64,000 bases of DNA from contig JAAILG010001106.1 of assembly GCA_012026655.1 (NCBI GenBank), positions 1 through 64,000 of the forward strand, read 5' to 3'. Position 1 is the stretch's first letter. Each line of letters opens with the position of its first letter. Source of the stretch: Hydrolagus affinis (lineage: Eukaryota). The notes beneath the pieces were generated by a model that saw nothing but the letters and a program-made list of their open reading frames with translations, was not told the DNA's origin and did no database searches. Below, piece after piece: positions 48,074-61,315 of this stretch. Position numbers and translations under genes: made by a program.

Positions 48074-48405
48074 AACAACAACAATAAAATGACACTTGTA
48101 TAGTGCCTTTCACGTCAGGAGGACATCCCAAGACATTGGACAGTCTCTGCTTCAGACCCAAGCTGAGGACAGGGGGTGGGAGGGAAGGGGGGTATTAGGA
48201 GTTGCCAATGGGAGTAATAATAATAATAATAATAATCCTTGCATTTGATATAGTGCTTTTCACATCTTATCAACGTCGCAAAGCGTTTCACAGAATATAC
48301 TGTATAGTTAATTGACTGTATATTTCTGGGCGAATCACGGCAGCCAATTGCGCACAGCAGTGTCCCACAAACAGTCATGGATTGAAATGACCAATTTTAT
48401 TATTG
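48074..48405 (-). mobile_element. L2 tail (48074-48200) followed by a SINE 3' half (48216-48405)
   Basis: CAACAACAAC..GTGCCTTTCACGTCAGGAGGACATCCCAAG; (TAA)n TCCTTGCATTTGATATAG..GATTGAAATGACCAATT. Confidence 0.9.
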
Positions 48406-48550
48406 AGTTCACCGTCTTACTTGGATAATAAGCTTTAAAAGAATTACATGAAGGGGTTAGGTGAAAAGAAAAGTAACATATAGAGTAGTTATATGTATAG
48501 TACCTAATTATGTGTATTTTTCCAGTACAGAACTATAAGAAACTTGGGAT

Positions 48551-49200
48551 AACAACAACTTGCATTTATATAGCACCCTCCACACCAGATGGCGTCTCAG
48601 AACATTTCACAATAGCAGAGCCCAGGGCCGAGCAATGGGGAGCGGAAAGGTGACCGTAGGCACAGTTGAACAGAAAGGTCTTCAGATGCGACCTGGAGAT
48701 GGAAAAGGAGGGGGCGAGGCAAAGAGATTGAGGGAGGGAGTTCCAGAGTTTGGGGGCGTAGTGGCTGAAATCACGGCCGCCAATGGTGGAGCGGAGGATT
48801 CGGGGAACAAGGAGGAGGCCAGACCGAGTAGAGTGGAAGCAGTGGATACTGCTGTGAGGAGAGAGGAGCTTAGAGAGGAAGGGGATGCAGAGGAGCGGAG
48901 GGATTTAAATGAAAGAGTGAGGATCTTGAAGTTGATCTGCTCTGTGACAGGGAGCCAGTGAAGTCTGGCGAGGACTGGGGTAATCAAGGAGCGAAGTTTG
49001 GTTCGGGTGAGAATGCAGGCAGCGGAATTCTGTATGAGCTGGATTTTATGAATGGTGGCGGAGAGGAGACAGGCGAGGAAGGCGTTCCAGTAGTCCAGCC
49101 GAGAAGTGACAAAGGCATGTACCAGGGTTTTGGCAGAGACGGGCAATGTGGCGGAGAAGAAGGTAGTGCTGAGAGTTGTGGGACTGAAGACTTCGACGAG
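48551..49200 (-). mobile_element. L2 LINE 3' ~0.65 kb
   Basis: AKTLVHAFVTSRLDYWNAFLACLLSATIHKIQLIQNSAACILTRTKLRSLITPVLARLHWLPVTEQINFKILTLSFKSL; (CAA)n tail. Confidence 0.96.
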
Positions 49201-49877
49201 AGCCAAAGAGTATGGCTTCCGTTTTGTCAACATTTAGCTAACAGTCTTCATGAAAACATGATACAAAGATACAAAGTGTAACATCGAGTGATTGTCCAAA
49301 CGCATACTTATTGGGATAATTATTGAATTTTCTTGAATAATACCACTTAAATGCTGGCTATTGTAGGAAATGTTTAGTAAATATGTTCTGTCTTTGAGGT
49401 TATTTGAACAAATAAAAGCAATTGTATATTTCAAAGACAAGATCTGTAAATCAAGTCTTGATCTGCTCAGACAACTGTCTCCATTACAATGCTCATCCTG
49501 TTTAACCAACCACAATCTTTTATTTATCACATTTTAGCAGTAGTTAATCAAGAGCCAGAGGTGAGAAGGCCAAAATACATAGAACAGCTAATACTGTTCA
49601 AGGTATCATCAGAGTAAGAAAGTCATTACTTTCATTATGGATTCCTTTTGTTAACTCTTCACTTTACAAATGTTTTCAAACTTGAGATTTACCGGAGCCT
49701 AAAGTATTTTCAACTGTTGTTAATGACAAAATGAATTAGCATTATTGCAGAATGTCTACGCTTTGCCTCAGTGATAGACCAGGACTCAAAACTTCTCAGT
49801 ATGACCTGTCAACACTTGTTTACAACTAGAATTTCCTGGTTATAGAAACAGGGTGGCTTACACCAAAATTCTAAATC

Positions 49878-49990
49878 ATAGTATCATAGAATTATATCGC
49901 ACAGAAGGAGGCCATTCGACCCATTGTGTCTGTCCCACTCTCCCGTTCTCTCCCCATAGCCCTGCAAACTAGATCTCCCAAATGATTATT
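49878..49990 (-). mobile_element. CR1 3' terminus
   Basis: ATCATAGAATTATATCGCACAGAAGGAGGCCATTCGACCCATTGTGTCTGT..CCCCATAGCCCTGCAAA. Confidence 0.85.
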
Positions 49991-50324
49991 TAATTATTTA
50001 GCAAAATGTTATGTTTGAGAAACAAAATACAGTATAAGGAAACAAAGCCATTGCATCTAGCTTTCAGAATAAGATTGAAACTGGGATGTAAAATGCAAGA
50101 TTTCTAAAGTATTCCTTAATAACAAATTTGAGCCACTAAATGTGTCTTTCTCCAATAATGAGAGGTATGCTATGCTAGTGTTCCTCTGATGCAAATTACA
50201 CAGAATTTAGCAAGAATTTTGAACAGAATTCTTTAATAAGGAATTCCACATTTTAGACATCAATATTTTTTGTGATAATGGTGAGACTTTTCACATCATG
50301 TTAAACTGGTCTCAGCATAAATGC

Positions 50325-50377
50325 GTGCATAGACCAGTTGGGCCAAATGACCTGTTTTTGTGCTGTATCCTCTATGT
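50325..50377 (+). mobile_element. CR1 3' terminus
   Basis: GCATAGACCAGTTGGGCCAAATGACCTGTTTTTGTGCTGTATCCTCTATGT. Confidence 0.7.
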
Positions 50378-50387
50378 AATCCTAGTA

Positions 50388-51001
50388 CAAGTAGACCCCA
50401 CTTAACGTTGCTTCAGTCAACGTTGTTTCATTATTACGTTGCTGATACATTGGGAATATTTAACATCACAACGTTCGCTATTATGTAGTTCACCGGTGGG
50501 TGGAAATGAACTACAGTACTCTACTTTGGGTAGCGTAGGCTACCATCCGTTATTCATGTCGCCATTTTAAGTTTGTGCGAGGTGTGATAATGATTTTTTT
50601 TATTGTGATTTATTTGTGCGATCCTCTACAAACATGAGTCAAAAACGCCCAGGAAGTGACAGTTGTGAGTCTACTCCTTCGTTCAAATAACTCCACCACT
50701 CGACCCTCCACCCCAACCCACCTCTATAAGCAAGCTCCACAACCATCTCAGGTGAGTGTTATGTTATTTAAATTTATATTTTTAAATGTTTTATATTTTA
50801 CATGTAATTTACATATTTTATATCTTACGTGTATTTCAACTTATAATTTTTTTTTAGAAAATTTTGACAAAAAATGTCCACAAGAACCTAACTCCAGTTT
50901 ATACATTAATTCTTATGGGAAAAATGGGTTCACTTAACGTCGTTTCGCTTAAAGTTTCACTTTTCAAGAACACAACTACGATGTTAAACAGGGATTAATT
51001 G
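50388..51001 (+). mobile_element. Second, older Tigger/pogo-type MITE family
   Basis: TA-CAAGTAGACCCCACTTAACGTTG ... CGATGTTAAACAGGGATTAATTG-TA (degenerate TIRs); subterminal CATTAATTCTTATGGGAAAAATGGGTTC; repeated (T/C)AACGT motifs; MSQKRPGSDS remnant at 50634. Confidence 0.75.
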
Positions 51002-51859
51002 TATTTGATACAGGCCCTCATCATTTGAAACGTCTAAAAGCATTTTAGTGTTGGCTGTCAATGTAGTGACTGTAAATTTGAAGGTATATGCACAACCTGT
51101 GCACCTCTATGTCTTATCAAAAGTGAATGAATGTCCATTTTTATTGGCCAGGTCACCAGGGGAGACTCCCTTTTCTTTTTGAGTAGTACCATGGGATTTT
51201 TTATTACAATCCTGAACACTCGGTAGTGAAATCCAGCCCTGGGTTTAAGATTGTCATATGCTTGAATGCTTTCAGCATCTGAAAATTCAGCTTGTCCACC
51301 AGATTTGTTATTGGAGTACGTTAATTCTTCAGCAGGCTGAGTAATAATGCAAGAAAGAGGGAGTGTATTGCTGTGTGGACTTGCTCATAGGGCCATCTTT
51401 TTCACTTGATCATAGTTTCTTCCAGGTTGACTAGTGCTCATATTCTCAATGGTCCTAACCCATAGACTAGCTTCATCTTATGTATTTATACATATGCCTA
51501 ACTTGCCACTCTGGATAATTCATTACTATGCTTTTTTCCCTTGGAGTGACATTATCAGGAGTTTTCTGTAGCTTATTTGTGTTTACCTACAACTACACAG
51601 TCCGACACTTGACAGCAATTCCCTGTGGAGTGCTTTGAGAAATTTTGATGTTGTGGGCACTGTATCAAATGCAAGTATTACATTGTACGTGACTCAAAGT
51701 ACAGCCTAAATGAATGGCTGCAGGACCATTGATGCCTTTCAATTAGGTTTGTAGAGCTTCACAAAGGTAAATTCAGAGGTTTAACAAATGTTGGAGCCAA
51801 AAATGTGGTTTCAAAAACTTTTTGCATTTCAGATGACCTATTCTTCACCTTCCAAAACA

Positions 51860-51893
51860 AATGTTACAACTGCACGAATGTTACAACTGCACA
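51860..51893. repeat. 17-bp tandem duplication
   Basis: AATGTTACAACTGCACG AATGTTACAACTGCACA. Confidence 0.9.
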
Positions 51894-52679
51894 AATAACC
51901 CCCAACCAAAGGGTTGGGTCTGGGTCATTATTTGGCTCTGTTGCTTTTATACATACCAGAACATGATTGTATTTTTAACTGAAATGTAATCATGACCTCG
52001 GAACAGGCTATTTTATTAAGCCTGCCAACCCTATTACCATTGTAATAAGTCAAGCATAAATAGGTAAGTTCATATAAATCAAGGCATTAGATCGCTGTCT
52101 GTATACCTGAGTAGTGTTCCATATCGGTGAACTTAAATTGTTATTCTTGAAATGGGGGTCGCCGGTGTTTCTTTGTATGTAAGGAAATCTAATGAATGGC
52201 TAATATTTAAAGGGAGGAAAAACAACATGAGGTTAGACTGGATTTAATTGAAAAAGAAAAACTGCGTACAGTGGAATTCAGAAATAAAAACACAGAAATG
52301 TAGGAAATCTACAAGAGCAAAACTGAGAACACAAAAATAAATTTTCAATATTCTTTCAGGTATAAACCCTCACATAGAAGCTGTACAAGCTTTTTTTTAA
52401 GAGATCAGATGGACTGCTCACTTTTACTCAGTCTTAAAACCATAACAGAAGAAAGCTGGGATCTAAAAAGGCCATTTATACAATTAATATATTCCTTCCG
52501 CATCCCACCTATTTTTTGCTCCATCACTGCTTCTATATGTTCTTTGTTCTTTGCACTCTTCAGTGTGCAAAGCGTCCCAATGCGCCTTATCATATGTGAT
52601 CTACCACTTTATCACATAAGATAAAGCGCCAGATTTCATCTTATTGATATAGAAGAGGGAGACTAACCTTCATGTCTGT

Positions 52680-52845
52680 TTCATGTACCTCAACTCTTCC
52701 CTCCACAAGCTGCAGATCATCCACAATTCTGCAACTTGTGTCCTCTCTTCCACCCTCGCCTGGCTCCACTGGCTCCCCATCACTCAGAGGATAGAATTCA
52801 AAATTGTCGTCTTTACTTTCAAGGCCCTCCATGGCCTTGCCCCGT
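52680..52845 (+). mobile_element. L2 ORF2 fragment
   Basis: NSSLHKLQIIHNSATCVLSSTLAWLHWLPITQRIEFKIVVFTFKALHGLAPS. Confidence 0.93.
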
Positions 52846-53500
52846 CCTGTTGTTATTGTTGTTGTTTTTGAGCTTTACACAACAACTTCTAGCTAGGTTT
52901 AATTACCAGACACAAAATAGCAATAAAGAACAGGAAAAATGTTAACTTCCATTTTACATTCCTACCAACCACATATCAAGGTCCTGGTTTCTGGAACTAT
53001 GATACTGGGACTAATTAGATGTGTATTATACATAAATCTACGATTGATGTCAAATGGACCTCCAAAAGTAAGCAAAGCCACTCAGCATGCCTGCAACCGC
53101 TGTATTCATCATTGTCATAACAGGAAGCTGTGACCACTGCAGTATCATACTGGCCAAATTGCTGGGATTATACACACAATATCTGGTTATAGTTAGACTG
53201 AAATTGGGTCAGAGCTAATCTTGAAATACCAGAACAACATGCCAAAAGAAAAGTTATGAAAGCAGGCAAAGGAAATAAATCTATTTCTATTGTTCTTCAC
53301 AATTCTAAAATGTACTGGCACGGCTCTAAATTATACAATATGATAATCCTTGCATTTTTGATACATCTCAAACCTCTTCATAGAATTTTACTGTGAAATA
53401 CAGTGACTGTGTACTTGTAGGTAAATATGGAAGCCAATATGTGCATAGCAATGTCTCTTAAAAACCCTACATGACTATACGTTCAGATTTACAAGGTCTA

Positions 53501-54205
53501 AATAAATGACCTGGCTATGGGTATGGAGAATACAATTCCAAGTTTTCAAATGATTCAAAGCTGGATAAAATTGTAAATAGTGTGGAGGATAGTAGTCGAC
53601 TGCAGGAGAACATAGCATACTGATAAAATGGGCAGACACATGTCAGATGAAGTTTAATGTGGATAAATGGGAAGTGATACATTTTAGAAGGAAGAATGAG
53701 GAGTGGCAGTATAAGCTAGATGGTATACTCTTACAGGGGGTGAAGGAACAGAGAGACCTGGGGGTTCATATAAATAAACCATTGAAGTTGGCAGGACAGG
53801 TAGATAAAGCTGTTAGAAAATTATACGTGATATTAGGCTTTATAAATAAGTGCATAGAATACAAAAGTCAGGAAGTTATGATGAATCTTTATAAAACACT
53901 GGTTAAGCCTCAGCTGGAGTACTGTGTTCAGTTCTGGGCACCACACTTTAGGAAGGATGTCAAGGCATTGGCGAAGGTGCAAAGGAGATTTACCAGGATG
54001 GTACCAGGAATGAACAACTTCAGTTATCAGGAGAGGCTAGCAAAGCTTGGATTATTCTCCTTGGAGCAGAGAAGGTTAAAAGAAGACTTAATAGAAGTTT
54101 TCAAAATTATCATATTATTATTTGATAGTGTGAACAAGGAGAAACTATTTCCACTTGTGAGCAGATTAGTTTCCTTCTGTGCTGTACAATTCTATGATTC
54201 TACGA
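53501..54205 (+). mobile_element. CR1 LINE 3' ~0.7 kb (ORF2 C-terminal region; upstream part frameshifted, 3' UTR largely deleted)
   Basis: ORF 53647-54240: MKFNVDKWEVIHF..EQRDLGVHI..LYKTLVKPQLEYCVQFWAPHFRKDV..VQRRFTRMVPG..LGLFSLEQRRL; ends CTGTGCTGTACAATTCTATGATTCTA. Confidence 0.96.
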
Positions 54206-55494
54206 ACCATGAAGTGAGTGCCCTTATTTTTATATATTAAACTATGTCATGGAATACCTCCATTAATGTTTGCAGTTTAGTTGTCCGAATGCTATTTATT
54301 GAAAGACAGTACGTTTAGTAAACTTTCTAAATAAAAATAAAATCATGGTTGAATGTAAACCTATTACAATACATTTCAAATTCACAAACTTTATCCCATC
54401 AGCGTAACTCCCTAGGAAAAAACTGTAACAATGATGTTTATTCATTTAAGAAAGTTATTTAAGAAAGCTACTCCTAAATTGGACGTGAATAACAAAAAAT
54501 ATTGTAACTAACAATTTACTCTAGTGACAAAATACTTGAGAAAGAATATGGCTGAATGATGATGCTTCACTACTGACAAGAAACAGTCTCAGATCACTGA
54601 CTACTTGGAAGCCAGATGGTTCCCCTTCTCCTCTATCCTCCTCCCCCTCCAGCCAATTGTCACTATATTTTTCTGTGTTGACACCACCCATCTAACATGC
54701 ACAGTACAACACTTCTGCCACTGAGATTCAGCATCTCACACAAGATATCACAATTGCATATCATTTGGGAAATGTCACACACTAGTGGAAAAAAATTGGA
54801 ATCACTGAGGTCTTGTTTGCACCCCTGAGAGAAGAGGGAAGATCACAGCTTTAAGGCAACTGAGGTAATTTCAAATCTTCTGATCTAATTGATCAAAGAG
54901 GTCTTCTTTGTCAAAACAGGAAGTTGTAAGCACTGTAGCATCATACTGCCCACAAAATTGGCATAGCGCAGGAATTTTAAATTAGTTTAAAGTCTGCTTT
55001 AAATTATAGAAATGAGGTCAAACCCAATCTAGAAATATCAGAATCTTGCCAAAAGGAGATTAATGGAGGCAGACAAAAAAAAATTCCTGAGAGAATGTCT
55101 ACATGACTATTGTCCCACCTCCCTTGCCTTTCATATCTGTCAATGCAAAGCCTGATGCAACACATCCTTGTATCAACTAACAAATAAAGTCAGTATGAGA
55201 GGTCAAGAAAAATGGATCTTCCCTTGGACAGGGTGATATTTGCTTGTGAAGTTAATATTAATAATAAAGTTGTACCCCTCTTGCTTTTAATGGGAGAAAA
55301 GGGAACCCCCATTACCTTATATTTCTGTGAAATTATCTCTCAAAATGGAGAACCATGCTAATTAATGCACAAATAATTGCAATCACATATTTGTATAAAT
55401 CAGTTTATAAAATAAGGTGTCAAAACTGCTTCACCAACTCCGACATCAAAGGCACTATACAAATGTAATTTGTTGTTGTTCCCAACTGTCCAAG

Positions 55495-55760
55495 ATGTGG
55501 TAGCTTGGCTCAGTTGCCATCACTATTGCTACTGGATCAGTTGAAACATTAAACTCACAGTCTATGCTGAAGCTCCACCACAGTACTAGGGGAGTGTTGG
55601 AATATTGAAGATATTCAGGTGAGAGCCTCCTTCAGGTGAGAGCTTAAAACAAAGCTCCTGCTGCCTTGTCAAAAAACATGAAAGATTCTGTGATCCTCTT
55701 TGACAATAGAATGGGGTTTTCCCCATGTCCTGGCCAACAATCGGCTCGATAAACTGATCA
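55495..55760 (+). mobile_element. Deu-domain SINE, decayed
   Basis: CTTGGCTCAGTTG.., TCTATGCTGA..CAGTACTAGGGGAGTG.., GGGGTTTTCCCCATGTCCTGGCCAACAAT. Confidence 0.6.
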
Positions 55761-56324
55761 TTTACTTTATTTATATTCATTTATCAATTCATTTTGCACT
55801 TTACATTAGCTTTGTGTAGGTTCAGTCAACACTAATAAATCTAACTCCCCTCCCTGCTTGGTGCACCCTATCATTTCTGTGAGTACTTCAAGATATTCAC
55901 ACTATATAAAAGATCCTGTGGAATTTTTTTTTATCCGTGAGAAACTTGAATTGCAAATACCAGTCACCTGGAATTCATTCAGGTCTTCTAGTTGAAGGTT
56001 CTATTTGACTTGTATGATGTAGAAGTGAATCTGTGGAAAGATGATCAGGTCTTCCCTGTCTTCACAGCACAATGCAGATATTAATTTTGAATCCTGAACT
56101 TTTTGTTTCAGATACAGCTGTTTGTTGCCCTTCTCCAGTCAACTCTTGCCTTAACTGTTCTCTTCAATCATCAACAGTGCCCATGAGTAATGCATATCTG
56201 TTTGACTCAGGAAACTGATCACCATGTTCACTATTACTTAGCAATGTAAACGATCCAACAATGATCCAATTTATTGTTAGGCATCTCATCTTAGATCCTG
56301 TCACTCAGCAGATCCATCTTACTG

Positions 56325-57630
56325 TGAACCAATCACCCCCGTTGTTGCCTGGCCTTGATGGATCCCCATCCCTCAGAGGAAATTGTGTACAAACTCTTGT
56401 TCTCACCTTCAAAGCCCTCCGTAATCTTGTTGCCCCCTACCTCTCTGACCTTCTAATCCCATATCAGCCAATCCACTGCTTTCATTTGGTGGACCACAAG
56501 TCTGCTTCACTTCCTAGACACTTCCTAACCCAACGTTGGTCATTGAGCTTTCATCATCTCTGCCCCCACATTCTGGAAATCTATCCTGCAATCCCTTTGC
56601 CTCACACCCTCTCATTATAATCCCTCAAGAAAAAAAAGATAATAAATTGGTCGCTTCAATGCACGACTGTTTGTGGAACATTGCCGTGCCACGTTTCGCC
56701 AACAAATATACAGTCAATTCATTATTTGAGATGTCTAGAAGACATGAAAAATGCTATATCAAATGCAAGGATTATTATTATTACAACAACAGCAATAAAA
56801 TTACATTTGTAAAGCGCCTTTCATGTCGGGAGGATGTCCCAAGACAATGGACAGTCAGTGATTCAGACCCAAGGTGGTGAGGCGAGATTGAAGAAGATAG
56901 AGGACAGCGGGGAAGGAGGGTGATAAAAGCCTGGTTGAAGAAGAGGGTCTTAAGTTGGGTCTTGAAGCAGACATGGTCATGAAGCAGTCCCAAGCCCACT
57001 GAGCAGAGAGAGTGAGTACAGGGTATAGAAGGTTGCAGAGGCAGGAGTGAGCAAGGCCATGGAGGGCTTTGAAGGTGAGGATTAGGATCTTGAACTGTTT
57101 GATGGAAAGACAGAGGAGTAGGGCTGGATGGGGATGATGGGGTCATGGAGCCTGGTGCAGGAGAAGACATGGGCTGCAGAGTTTATACAGTAAAGTGCTT
57201 TACAGTTTACACAGTATATCCTGTGAAGCCCTTTGATATGTCTCAATTATGTGATAGGGCGCTATATCAAATGCAAGTATTATTATATTTCTATTTTGTG
57301 GGATTTTGCAATGCATAAATTGCCTGCTAAGTTTAGCTACACATACATTACAACAACAACAACAATAACAAAATGACATTTATAGAGCGCCTTTCACGTC
57401 GGGAGGACATCCCAAGGGGTTGAACAGTTAAGTCGGGACCCGAGCGGGGTGGGGGGGGTGGGTGTCGGGGTAGGGGGAAGGAGAGTAGGTGAGGGGGGAT
57501 AGTTAGGAGGGGAGTAGAAGGCACGATCGAAGAGGAACGTCTTGAGACAGGCCTTTAACGCTTTGGGATGTTGATAAGATGTGGAAAGCGCTATATCAAA
57601 TGCAAGGATTATTATTTATTATTATTTATT
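56325..57630. mobile_element. Stack of L2 and SINE fragments
   Basis: L2 plus 56325-56610 (LVLTFKALRNLVAPYLSDLL); SINE plus 56615-56782; L2 minus 56783-57180; SINE tail plus 57185-57288; L2 minus 57351-57556; SINE tail plus 57558-57630. Confidence 0.85.
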
Positions 57631-57659
57631 TAAAGAGAAATCCGCATACATGTGGAAAT

Positions 57660-57925
57660 TTACCCCATGTCTGCGGATGATGTCACTGAGGGGAGCATGT
57701 AGAGGGTGAAGAGCAGGGCGTCAAGGACAGAGCAATGGGGAATGCTGCATGAGATTGTGCTAGGGTTGGAGAAAAAGCCATTGGAGGAGACAAAGTGAAG
57801 GCAGTATGAGAGGTATGACCAGAACGAGTCAAGGACAGAGCCTTGAATGTTGAGGTGGGAGGAGAGGCGGTGGAAGAGGATTGCGTGGTCTGCAGTGTCA
57901 AAGGCAGCGGATAGATCATTTACCA
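57660..57925 (-). mobile_element. L2 reverse-transcriptase core fragment
   Basis: DLSAAFDTADHAILFHRL..IQGSVLDSFWSYLS..CSIPHCSVLDALLFTLYMLP. Confidence 0.92.
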
Positions 57926-58057
57926 AAGTTAATAGCAATTCTTCATGAAGTGCTTTGACATGTTCAATAATGTAGGTACTATCTCAAATGCAAGTAAATA
58001 CTATTATAATAATTTGTGAAATTTGTTAACTTTGTTATTATTTTAGTACTGTGTACA

Positions 58058-58642
58058 TGTATGCCTTAATTACGACCAAACTCAACTGTGCCAATGTCCT
58101 ACTTGGCAGCCTTCCCAACTCTTCCCTCCACAAGCTGCAGATCATCCAGAATTCTACAGCTTGCGTTCTCTCCCGCACCGGGTTCCGTGACCCCATCACA
58201 CTCACCCTTGCCCAACTCCATTGGCTCCATTTCCCCCAGAGGATCAAGTTCAAAATTCTCATCCTCACCTCCAAGGCCCTGCATGGCACTGCCCCCTCCT
58301 ACCTCTCCAACCTGCTAACCCCTTATCAACCCATCCACTCTCTCCTCTCAGGAGACTCTGGCGTGCTCCATGAGCCCCGCTCCGCCACCCCACCACCGAC
58401 GGTCCGGCCTTCAGCCTCCCTGCTCCCACCCTCTGGAACTCCATTCTACATTCCCTCGCTCCCTCCCTTGCCTCCTTCAAGGCACGCCTCAAGACCCTCC
58501 TCTTTGACTGTGCCTTCAGCCACCCTCCAACCCTCTCTGCCCTCCATGCTCCCTGATTCCAACCCACCCACCTCCGCTCAGGTCCTAATTCCTGACCTCA
58601 TGTGAAAGGCACTTTACAAATGTAATTGTGTATATTATTGTT
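58058..58642 (+). mobile_element. L2 LINE 3' end
   Basis: ALITTKLNCANVLLGSLPNSSLHKLQIIQNSTACVLSRTGFRDPITLTLAQLHWLHFPQRIKFKILILTSKALHGTAPSYL. Confidence 0.95.
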
Positions 58643-59120
58643 GAATTTCACCCAGATTGCAAAACATTTTATTTCTACTTGGTTATTTTTCCAGAATTTT
58701 GCCCTTTTGGTGCAACTTCTGGCTCTTGGCCTATTTTATTTTGCATTTGTTATTTAGTGAGCAAATATCTATGCTCATAAAAGTGATTACTGTTGTAAAT
58801 GTTCTGAGTAAGAATGTGGACTGTGTAAATAATTAGCGAATCACAATGCATGGAAATAGGATGGCACATCTTATAATGACCTGTGGTTATTGTGGTCCAC
58901 CAAGGGTTCAACCCTATAATCTCTCTGGATGTAAAGCTTGAAATTTTAGGCAGGCCATTAGTAAGGGTAGGAAAAGTGCTCCACTTTCTTCAGAGAAGAG
59001 GGGGGTTGGGGGGGAGGTGGGGGAGTGGGGGAAGGAGAAGACATTTTTCAGCTGGGAACTGAGAATGTAGAATTCTTGTGTATTAACGTAGTACGGTATT
59101 TATGCTTCTGTGGTCCAACT

Positions 59121-59466
59121 ATCAATCAATCAAAACTTACATTTATATAGCACCTTTCACGTCAAGAGGACGCCCAAGGCGCTCTACAGTTAGGTAGGGA
59201 CAAGAGCAGGGATGGAGGGTTGAGGCAGGATGAAGAAGAGTAGGAAAATTGACTGTATATTTGTGGGCAAAACGCGGCAGCCAAATTGCGCACAGCAGTG
59301 TCCCACAAACAGTCATAGAAGTGGGATTAGCGGTAAAAGGAGGGAAAGAAGGCAAGGGAAGGGGTCGGGTAGGGGGAAGGAGAGCAGGAAAGCCGACTGA
59401 ATACTTATGGGCGAAACGCAGGAGCCAAATTGTGCACAGCAGTGTCCCACAAACAGTCATGGAAGT
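59121..59466 (-). mobile_element. SINE-body/L2-tail chimera with an internally repeated unit
   Basis: L2-type tail, then AGAGTAGGAAAATTGACTG..CCCACAAACAGTCATAGAAGT (59237-59322), repeated at 59381-59466. Confidence 0.85.
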
Positions 59467-60762
59467 CATGCAAGTGTTTGTAAAAATGGAGATCTATGAG
59501 ATCTATGAAAAATGGCAACTACGAAAAATGTATTGCCTCTTGCACTCTATAGGGGCACATGCAAGAATTCTCACCCACACTAAAAGAGATTGAGAACCTC
59601 TGATACTAACAATCTCATTCACATCAATGGGAAGACTGACTGTCCCACCAGAGCAACAGTAGTCACTACCAATCACACACAGATATCTGAAGACTAACAG
59701 CAGGGATTAAGCACTGATCATTTTACTGCCAGAGATAATCTCCCTAAAATCTGTGTCTGCCAACCTGGGATTGAGTTCTCTGGGTTTTTCATTCTACTGA
59801 GGACCTAAGGTCAATTTGCTTGTTGCTGGCTTCCTCTTTCCCAACACCAGCAGCTTAGGCTTTCAGCAACTGTTACTGCTCTCAAGATCTCCCTTCTATT
59901 TTGTACTTTCTCTCCCTGCCTTCAAAACCTATTCCTATGACTGTGTCTTTCTTTGATCAATATCCTCAAATACTCCATTCTTTACCTCATGCTCAATATT
60001 GCCTCATTACGTTTGTTGAGAATGTTTAACGTGCAATGTAAGGTGCTAGATAAGTGAAAGATATTCCTGTTATTATTTTACAAAGGGGCCTATTAATTTT
60101 AGTCCAAATTGTAGAATACAACAATTTTGTAATCATCTAATTGAAATTCAGCATCTCAAGAGAAATGTCTTACCTTACTTCTAAAATCTATGAACCCAAG
60201 CCTTTTCATATTACATATTTAACCATGGTGTCCTGCAATGAATGCCTTGGTCCTTCTCCTAGTTTTTTTTAATATTTAATCCTTACAGAGCAGATTGATT
60301 TATATTTCTGTGTCAGTTTAATGTGCAGATTTGGATAAAGTGTGAGGTTGCTTGACCTCACAGGTTTTACTGCTTCCATCAGGATTATTCATAAAAAATA
60401 ATGAGCTCCTGGACAACATACTGAAAACTCTTTTATAATTGAAGTTATTCTAGTTTAAAATAATAAAACATAATCAGGTTTATTTACACAGCTCTAGAGC
60501 TGACTGATAGATTGATCACACCTCGTTTCTACTCATTCAGGACTGCTGCCCAATGGCTTGCTTTGCTAACAGTGTGGGTGTAAATCTTTGACCATAAATT
60601 TTGCCTTCTGTCATCATTATCTTTTCAGTCACCAGCAACATTAAGATGTGTTTATTTTTATAGTTAACCTTTTGTTGACTATACATTAAATATATTCCCA
60701 ATTAACTTGTGTACAAAGAGGAACAGCTCAGGAGCACCTGTTTATGCAGTATAAGAACCTAG

Positions 60763-61315
60763 GTGTCAGGCTGGCTCAGTTGGTAGCACGCTTAGTCATA
60801 TGGAACTATGAGCTCATAGTCTAGTGCTGACACTCAAATGTAGTGCCGCATTGTTGAGGTCCTGTCTGCTGGCTCAGGTGGGCATTTAAGAATCTATCAT
60901 AATAATAATAGTAATCCTTGCCTTTTCACTTCTGCTAGATGTCTTAAAGAATTTCACACTGTATACCGTAAAGTGAATTGAATGCATATTTGTGGGTGAA
61001 ACGCGGTAGTGAATTGCAACAGCAGTTTGCCACAAACAGTTGTGGATTGAGTGACCAATTTATTATTGTTTTGCTACTATTCAAAAAAGAACAGGCAATC
61101 TGTACTGTGGCCTGACCACCAGTCCTTCAGATTAATCTATCATTCACTTTGCGGTGATTTGCGAAAAATTATTGTGCTTATATTGGCTGTTCCATTCATC
61201 TCAAATTACAGTCACTATACTGTACCGAGCAGAAAACTGAAGTATGCTGAAGCATTTTGATGTGATAAGATACTATATGAAATGCAATATAATTACACAA
61301 TGTAATATTATTATT
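60763..61315. mobile_element. Old Deu-SINE (plus) interrupted by a younger SINE 3' half (minus, 60900-61065)
   Basis: Head GTCAGGCTGGCTCAGTTGGTAGCACGCTT..GCTCAGGTGGGCATTTAAG; insert (AAT)n..GTGACCAATT; decayed Deu body and tail resume at ~61080-61315. Confidence 0.65.

Noticed and set aside
53647-54240. 197-aa ORF as a host gene
   Set aside because: It is the CR1 ORF2 C-terminus; the upstream RT part is frameshifted and the element is 5'-truncated.
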